Shown piece by piece: positions 38,263-42,779 of a DNA stretch of 42,779 bases. The position numbers and the translations under genes are program-made. The stretch lies in the sequence record DRR723986_4700; one strand, given 5' to 3'. The notes under the pieces are model-generated. The model had not been told where the DNA came from, did no database searches, and saw only the letters and a list, made by a program, of their open reading frames with translations. Positions within the stretch are counted from its first letter, which is position 1; each line of letters opens with the position of its first letter.

Positions 38263-38826
38263 GTGATTCAGCTTGCTTCGGTTTTTGCAAAGCCTCTTTT
38301 GGGGAAACTTGGTGTCAGTGATGAGGCCAGGGAGAGGTTTGTGGCGTTACAGAAGGCCGTGACAGGGGAAACGGGCACGGCCTGGATCCCGCTGTCCCGA
38401 CCTTCCGCAACACTCGATTTTTCCACGCACCGGCAGATGGCGTCCGACATCCACAACACCGGTGAAATCGGCCCGGAAAAGGAACCGGTCACCTGGAAGG
38501 AGTTCGTCTGGACGTCGGACCAGACAATCAAGGACTGTGTCCTGCACAAGATCTCCTGGCGGTTCTACGAGAACGGGCTGATTTGCCTGGAGGTTTGTGG
38601 CAGCAAGGATGCGGTGGGGCTGGATGGCAGTGACCTGATCGGCCACCGGCTGGAGCTGCGCGACGACACCGGTTTTCTGATCGGCATCTGGGCCGCTGCC
38701 TTCCTGATCGTCAAGGACACCGAGCGGCGCAGTTTCCAGACGTCGACCGAGGATGACCACAAGCTGTTGAAACTGCATTTCGGCAAGCTGGCCGAACAGC
38801 AGACCGGCATCGCTTTCCGCATCTGA
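38263..38826 (+). CDS. Hypothetical protein (187 aa); C-terminal beta domain tentatively DUF6294-like
   Basis: GGGAGG RBS before GTG, high GC3 in the 3' half. The FVW...DC...WRFYENG...LRDDTG pattern is only a recalled resemblance. Confidence 0.75.
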   Translation: MIQLASVFAKPLLGKLGVSDEARERFVALQKAVTGETGTAWIPLSRPSATLDFSTHRQMASDIHNTGEIGPEKEPVTWKEFVWTSDQTIKDCVLHKISWRFYENGLICLEVCGSKDAVGLDGSDLIGHRLELRDDTGFLIGIWAAAFLIVKDTERRSFQTSTEDDHKLLKLHFGKLAEQQTGIAFRI

Positions 38827-38869
38827 TGCCTGCCAGAAACTCGACCGGTCTGTCCCGCCAAACGCTTCC

Positions 38870-39442
38870 TCAGGCGGGGATCAGCGTTTCGGCGATGGCC
38901 CTTGCGGTTCTGGAGGCGGCCGGCATGCCGCGCACCTGTGCGGTGGCGATGGCGCCTTCCTTCAAAAGGGCAAGCTGTTCGGCAAGGGCTGCCGGGTCTT
39001 CAGCGCCCGCCTGACGACACAGTGGCTCAAGGTAATCGACGATCCGCTGTTTGTGCTCGGCCGCCGTGCGGTGGATCGGGTGCTGATGGTCGCCGAATTC
39101 GCTCGCCGCGTTGATGAAGGCGCAGCCGTTGAAGCCGAGCCCCTTGAAGGCACGGCCGTTGAACCAGTCCTCCAGCGCGTCGAACATGGCCAGAAGCCGT
39201 TCTCGCGGCCGCGGCGAGGCTTTTTCCATTTCGCCCATCAGCCAGTTGCGGAACTGCTCGTCCCGGCGGTTGAGCGCGGCCAGAATAAGCTCCTCCTTCG
39301 AGCGGAAGTGCTTGTAGAGCGTCATCTTGGCCACCCCCGCCTCGGCGAGGATCTTGTCTATTCCGGTCGCATTGAACCCGCGGGTGTAGAACAGCCTGAG
39401 CGCTGTATCCACGAGTTCGTCTCGGCGTGATTGCACCATCAT
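38870..39442 (-). CDS. TetR-family regulator (NemR/YxaF-like)
   Basis: GFNATGIDKILAEAGVAKMTLYKHFRSKEELI and GCAFINAASEF. Start uncertain among 39439, 39442 and 39448. Confidence 0.92.
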   Translation of the reverse strand: MMVQSRRDELVDTALRLFYTRGFNATGIDKILAEAGVAKMTLYKHFRSKEELILAALNRRDEQFRNWLMGEMEKASPRPRERLLAMFDALEDWFNGRAFKGLGFNGCAFINAASEFGDHQHPIHRTAAEHKQRIVDYLEPLCRQAGAEDPAALAEQLALLKEGAIATAQVRGMPAASRTARAIAETLIPA

Positions 39443-39447
39443 CTCCA

Positions 39448-39553
39448 TATACAGACAGGTTTGTCTACTTTACTATCCTGTTCGCCCCCTTCTCGTCCAT
39501 CCTCACACGAGGTTATCACGGCTTATTGACATATAGACAGACCTGTCTGTATA
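39448..39553. promoter_or_regulatory. Pair of candidate TetR operators in the divergent promoter region
   Basis: TATACAGACAGGTTTGTCTA (39448-39467) and TAGACAGACCTGTCTGTATA (39534-39553) are inverted copies (19/20). Each is internally palindromic (AGACA-N4-TGTCT). Confidence 0.8.
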
Positions 39554-39595
39554 AATTTCCTCAACGTCACGTTTTCGATCAGGAAGGCGGTAGTC

Positions 39596-39769
39596 ATGTC
39601 CGGAAGTCAGATTGCGGTTCACATTCATGCAGACACCGGCGTTTGTTCCGGGAAACGGTCTCACTGGAACTACGTGGCTCTTGCCAGCTGGTCTGTATCC
39701 GGTGCGCGCTCTGAACTGGCGCAAGGTCAAGCCCCTTTCCCGACGTACCGTGCAGCAAGAGGGGTCTGA
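39596..39769 (+). CDS. Possible 57-aa small ORF preceding the AraC gene
   Basis: AGGAAGG RBS, ATG 39596, TGA ending 39769, 2 nt before the AraC ATG. No recognisable motif. Confidence 0.35.
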   Translation: MSGSQIAVHIHADTGVCSGKRSHWNYVALASWSVSGARSELAQGQAPFPTYRAARGV

Positions 39770-39771
39770 CG

Positions 39772-40782
39772 ATGGCCAGTGTCATTGCCGCCTTTGCGCA
39801 CACCATGGCCGCTACCGCAGGACTGACCATGACCAGCGACGGCAAGCTGGTCGCAGCAGATGGAACCGTGCGCCATGAGGTGCGCACCGAGGACGGCCGC
39901 ATACCGGACACAGCCCACTTCGAGCTGCTCGACTGGATACGCAGCTGGTATCCGGATGAAACAGGTCTGGTATTTGCCTATGCGCAGAATATCAAACCGG
40001 ATGATCTCGGCGTTCTGGGCCTTGCCATCAAAACCGCGCCCACTCTTCGCACCACACTGCAATTGATCGAGCGCTACTTCCGGCTGGTGACCGACACCGC
40101 AGTATATTGCCTTGAGGAAGATGGACCACTTGCTGTGTTCTCCATTGCCGGGCAGACCTCCCCTCAGCCGATCCTGCATCTTCGTAACGAATGCGCCCTT
40201 GCAGGCTTTGCTCATAATCTGGCGTCTCAAGTCGGTCCGCGCCTGAAAATTGAGGCCGTCACATTTCGCCATCCCTGCCGGGGCGATGCAGAGCGCTACG
40301 CGGCGTTTTTCGGCTGTCCGGTCCGCTTCGGTGAAGCGCAAGACGCAATTATAATGACCCAGTCGATGCTGGACCTGCCAAACCGGCTTGGAGATCAAGG
40401 CGTCTGCACTTTCCTGACCGATCATCTGGAGACGGAAATCGACGCCCTGCCTGCCGGCAGCGCGTTGACGCGCGACCTTCTGAACCGCCTGACGAAAACA
40501 CTCAGCAGCGGCGTACCTTCCGCGGCTGCCGTCGCGCGTGATCTCGGCATGAGCGAGCGCACCCTCTATCGCCGCCTGGCGGAGGAAGGGCTGACTTACC
40601 GCGACATGCTGCGCGAGGCACAGACGAAGCTGGCCCGGGAGCTGCTGGCAGGCAGCAGCTGTTCCATTGCAGAAATTGCCTTCCTCACAGGCTTCTCCGA
40701 ACAGAGCACCTTCACCCGCGCGTTCAAGCGCTGGGTCGGCCAGCCACCGGCGCAATTCCGGCAACACAGCGCAACCGTCTGA
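39772..40782 (+). CDS. AraC-family regulator (VirS/QhpR-like)
   Basis: DLGVLGLAIKTAPTLR, FFGCPVRF, LGMSERTLYRRLAEEG and GFSEQSTFTRAFKRWVG. Confidence 0.92.
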   Translation: MASVIAAFAHTMAATAGLTMTSDGKLVAADGTVRHEVRTEDGRIPDTAHFELLDWIRSWYPDETGLVFAYAQNIKPDDLGVLGLAIKTAPTLRTTLQLIERYFRLVTDTAVYCLEEDGPLAVFSIAGQTSPQPILHLRNECALAGFAHNLASQVGPRLKIEAVTFRHPCRGDAERYAAFFGCPVRFGEAQDAIIMTQSMLDLPNRLGDQGVCTFLTDHLETEIDALPAGSALTRDLLNRLTKTLSSGVPSAAAVARDLGMSERTLYRRLAEEGLTYRDMLREAQTKLARELLAGSSCSIAEIAFLTGFSEQSTFTRAFKRWVGQPPAQFRQHSATV

Positions 40783-40864
40783 GAACACACCCGCCCGACG
40801 CGCTGGCTCACTGCAACCGTCGCGGCCAGATCTGGCAAAACCCGAAACATTCGCAAATCCCGGA

Positions 40865-40901
40865 TGAGCCCGGCCAAACATGGCCGGGCTCAACCTGTTT
40901 T
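40865..40901 (+). terminator. Hairpin, probable terminator after the AraC gene
   Basis: 12-bp stem TGAGCCCGGCCA-aaca-TGGCCGGGCTCA, then ACCTGTTTT. Confidence 0.55.
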
Positions 40902-41073
40902 GCTGCCTTCTGGCGGGTCCGAACTGGCTTGGCAGATAGGGCCAAAACAGTGGCAGGCCCGGCCGATACCAAGAAGGCACTCCCGGCGTATTCAAAGGTC
41001 ATCGAACGACGGAGCGGTCATCACCGGGCACCTTCCCGCAGCGCTCCAGGGCTTTTGAGACAAGGAGCGCCAC

Positions 41074-41949
41074 ATGATTATCGAACAGATCACGGCCCGC
41101 AGTCCGGCCAGGCATGACCATGCACCTTCGACCTTTCCGGCAGCACTGCCGCATTCGGACAACGTGGCCGACAGCAACGCCTATGGCAGGACGCTCTCCA
41201 TCGTCGCCCACGACCTGCGCGGTCCCCTTGCCAACCTCTCGCTTTTGATCGAGCACATTGCCCAATGCGCAACCTGGGAAGGTCAGCCCGCCATTGCGGA
41301 TAACGCCGCAAAGGCCGACCGTATCCTCCAGCACCTGACCGGTAGTCTCAGCGCCCTGGTCAAGCGCGGCAAGGAGGGACGGGATCCGCTCTCCTGTGTG
41401 ATGCGGCCAGTTGATCTGGCCGAGGTTCTGGCATTGGCGGTCGCCGTCAACCAACCGCTGGCTCGCCGTCATGCGGTCAGTCTGGAAATTGTGTCCCTAT
41501 CCCCCTGTCTGATCTGCGGCGATGCGGAGCTGTTGTTCGAAGCCTTCGACAATCTCATCGGCAATGCGGTGCGCCACAGCCCGGACGAAGGTACCGTTCT
41601 TTGCGCTATCGCCCGGGAAGATGACGGTAATGTCTCCGTGCGTATCAGCGACCAAGGCCAGGGCTTCACCGCTGCCGATCTTGCCCGGGCCTTCCGTCCC
41701 TTCACCCAGCTTTCCGCAAAGGCCGCCCGGCCTGGGCCGTCCTCGGGACTTGGCCTCTGGATTGCCCGGCTGATCGCCGAACGCCATGGCGGCAAGATTG
41801 CGGCTCAGAACGGAGGCGGAAGCAGCAATAGAGGCGCGGTTCTGACCGTGCGCCTGCCGACCTTACCCGCAAATGATGCGAAACCGGCTTCAGTCCGCCG
41901 GAAGGTTCCAGAGCGTGCCAGCAAGGCACCGGACCACGCAACTATCTGA
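41074..41949 (+). CDS. Histidine kinase (HisKA plus HATPase_c) without sensor or TM domain
   Basis: AAGGAG RBS. H-box IVAHDLRGPL, N-box DNLIGNAVRHS, G1 DQGQG, F-box FRPF, G2 GLGLWI. Confidence 0.88.
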   Translation: MIIEQITARSPARHDHAPSTFPAALPHSDNVADSNAYGRTLSIVAHDLRGPLANLSLLIEHIAQCATWEGQPAIADNAAKADRILQHLTGSLSALVKRGKEGRDPLSCVMRPVDLAEVLALAVAVNQPLARRHAVSLEIVSLSPCLICGDAELLFEAFDNLIGNAVRHSPDEGTVLCAIAREDDGNVSVRISDQGQGFTAADLARAFRPFTQLSAKAARPGPSSGLGLWIARLIAERHGGKIAAQNGGGSSNRGAVLTVRLPTLPANDAKPASVRRKVPERASKAPDHATI

Positions 41950-41995
41950 CCTCAGTTTTCTGACCTCAGCTTTCTGGCACCGGCATGCCGGTGCC
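41945..41995. repeat. 14-bp tandem repeat plus 20-bp perfect palindrome after the kinase stop
   Basis: TCTGACCTCAGTTT TCTGACCTCAGCTT TCTG, then GGCACCGGCATGCCGGTGCC at 41976-41995. Confidence 0.7.
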
Positions 41996-42158
41996 GCCCC
42001 CATGGAACGTGGCCAAATCCGACGCCAACCCGGCCCTGCGCCGGGAACGGGAGAGCCGTGCCTTCAGGCACCCGGTGATTGGCCGCGAACCTGACAGCGT
42101 TTCAAGTTGATGCGCTGCCCATCGCAACCCTGTCCAACACAAGCAATGGAGACTTCAT

Positions 42159-42779
42159 ATGGACAACGAACATGACAAGACCTGCGCCTGCTGCGTAACA
42201 CCGGAAACGGTTGATCACGCCCGCCGCCGCCTGCTTGCCGGGGCAGCCGGTGCGGCAACCGTGGGTGCCGTCGCCATGGCCACCGGTTCCGCCACCGCCG
42301 CAACAGAAGAAGCCCGTGCGTTCTATGCCGATCCGGAAAAACCGGGCCTGCCGCAGATCGACATGGAGATCGAGGCCGGCCGCACCGCGCTTGTCGTCAC
42401 CGATCCGCAGATCGACTTCCTGTCCGAAGACGGCGTCACCTGGGGTGTCGTTGGCGAAAGCGTCACCGAGCAAGGCACCGTCGACAACATCGAACGCCTG
42501 TTCAAGGCGGCCAAGGCTGCCGCGATGCCGGTGTTCATCTCGCCCCACTACTATTATCCGCACGACCACAAGTGGCAGTTCGAAGGCACCTTGGAAAAGA
42601 CCATGCATTCCATCGGCATGTTCGATCGCCCGGGCCCGCTCTCCCTGGAGAATTTCGAAGGGTCCGGCGCCGACTGGATGCCGCAGTACAAGAAATACAT
42701 CGAGGACGGCGAAACCGTCATCTGCTCACCGCACAAGGTCTACAGCCCGGCGCAGAACGATCTGAACCTGCAGCTGCGC
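42159..42779 (+). CDS. Cysteine hydrolase/isochorismatase family protein with Tat-like signal; runs off the window end (absent from the ORF track)
   Basis: GGAG RBS, ATG 42159. MDNEHDKTCACCVTPETVDHARRRLLAGAAG..., then RTALVVTDPQIDFLSEDG, PVFISPHYYYPHD, GSGADW and SPHKVY. No stop before 42779. Confidence 0.88.
   Translation, partial: MDNEHDKTCACCVTPETVDHARRRLLAGAAGAATVGAVAMATGSATAATEEARAFYADPEKPGLPQIDMEIEAGRTALVVTDPQIDFLSEDGVTWGVVGESVTEQGTVDNIERLFKAAKAAAMPVFISPHYYYPHDHKWQFEGTLEKTMHSIGMFDRPGPLSLENFEGSGADWMPQYKKYIEDGETVICSPHKVYSPAQNDLNLQLR

Noticed and set aside
32374-38715. Diversity-generating retroelement TR/VR pair
   Set aside because: Only about 4 of 25 mismatches have A in the upstream copy and 2 in the gene copy, so the changes are not adenine-specific. 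No reverse transcriptase gene is present.

Overview
GC-rich (about 60% by eye) alphaproteobacterial DNA, probably Hyphomicrobiales or Roseibium/Labrenzia-like (inferred from gene content and repeats). Left to right: the 3' end of an NAD-dependent formate dehydrogenase operon (fdsA-fdhD-fdsD); a complete quinohemoprotein amine dehydrogenase locus (qhpG-A-D-C-B-F-E with divergent qhpR); regulator/target modules (LysR with hemerythrin and xi-class GST, denD-SDR, ArsR-SRPBCC, glutaredoxin-MauE, MocR-EamA, BON-LysM); a Nik/Dpp-type ABC importer with no ATPase gene, followed by two paralogous unknown proteins; a GlxA-linked methyltransferase-DUF1127-FMO-cupin-GST operon; an apparently orphan three-gene unit; LysR-MFS-amber-interrupted hydrolase; and TetR, AraC, a sensor-less histidine kinase and a Tat-signal cysteine hydrolase that runs off the window. 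Most notable items not in the ORF track: (1) a 37-codon ORF encoding a signal peptide plus the 8-residue disulfide-loop peptide CNPRYQRC, heading the orphan operon; (2) a decayed 120-bp gap-free copy (95/120 identical) of part of the 38263-38826 gene lying 6.2 kb upstream and bracketing that block; (3) two REP-like inverted-repeat doublets, one inside the qhp operon. No rRNA, tRNA, CRISPR array, transposase or integrase was recognised. All family calls come from motif recognition, not database searches.
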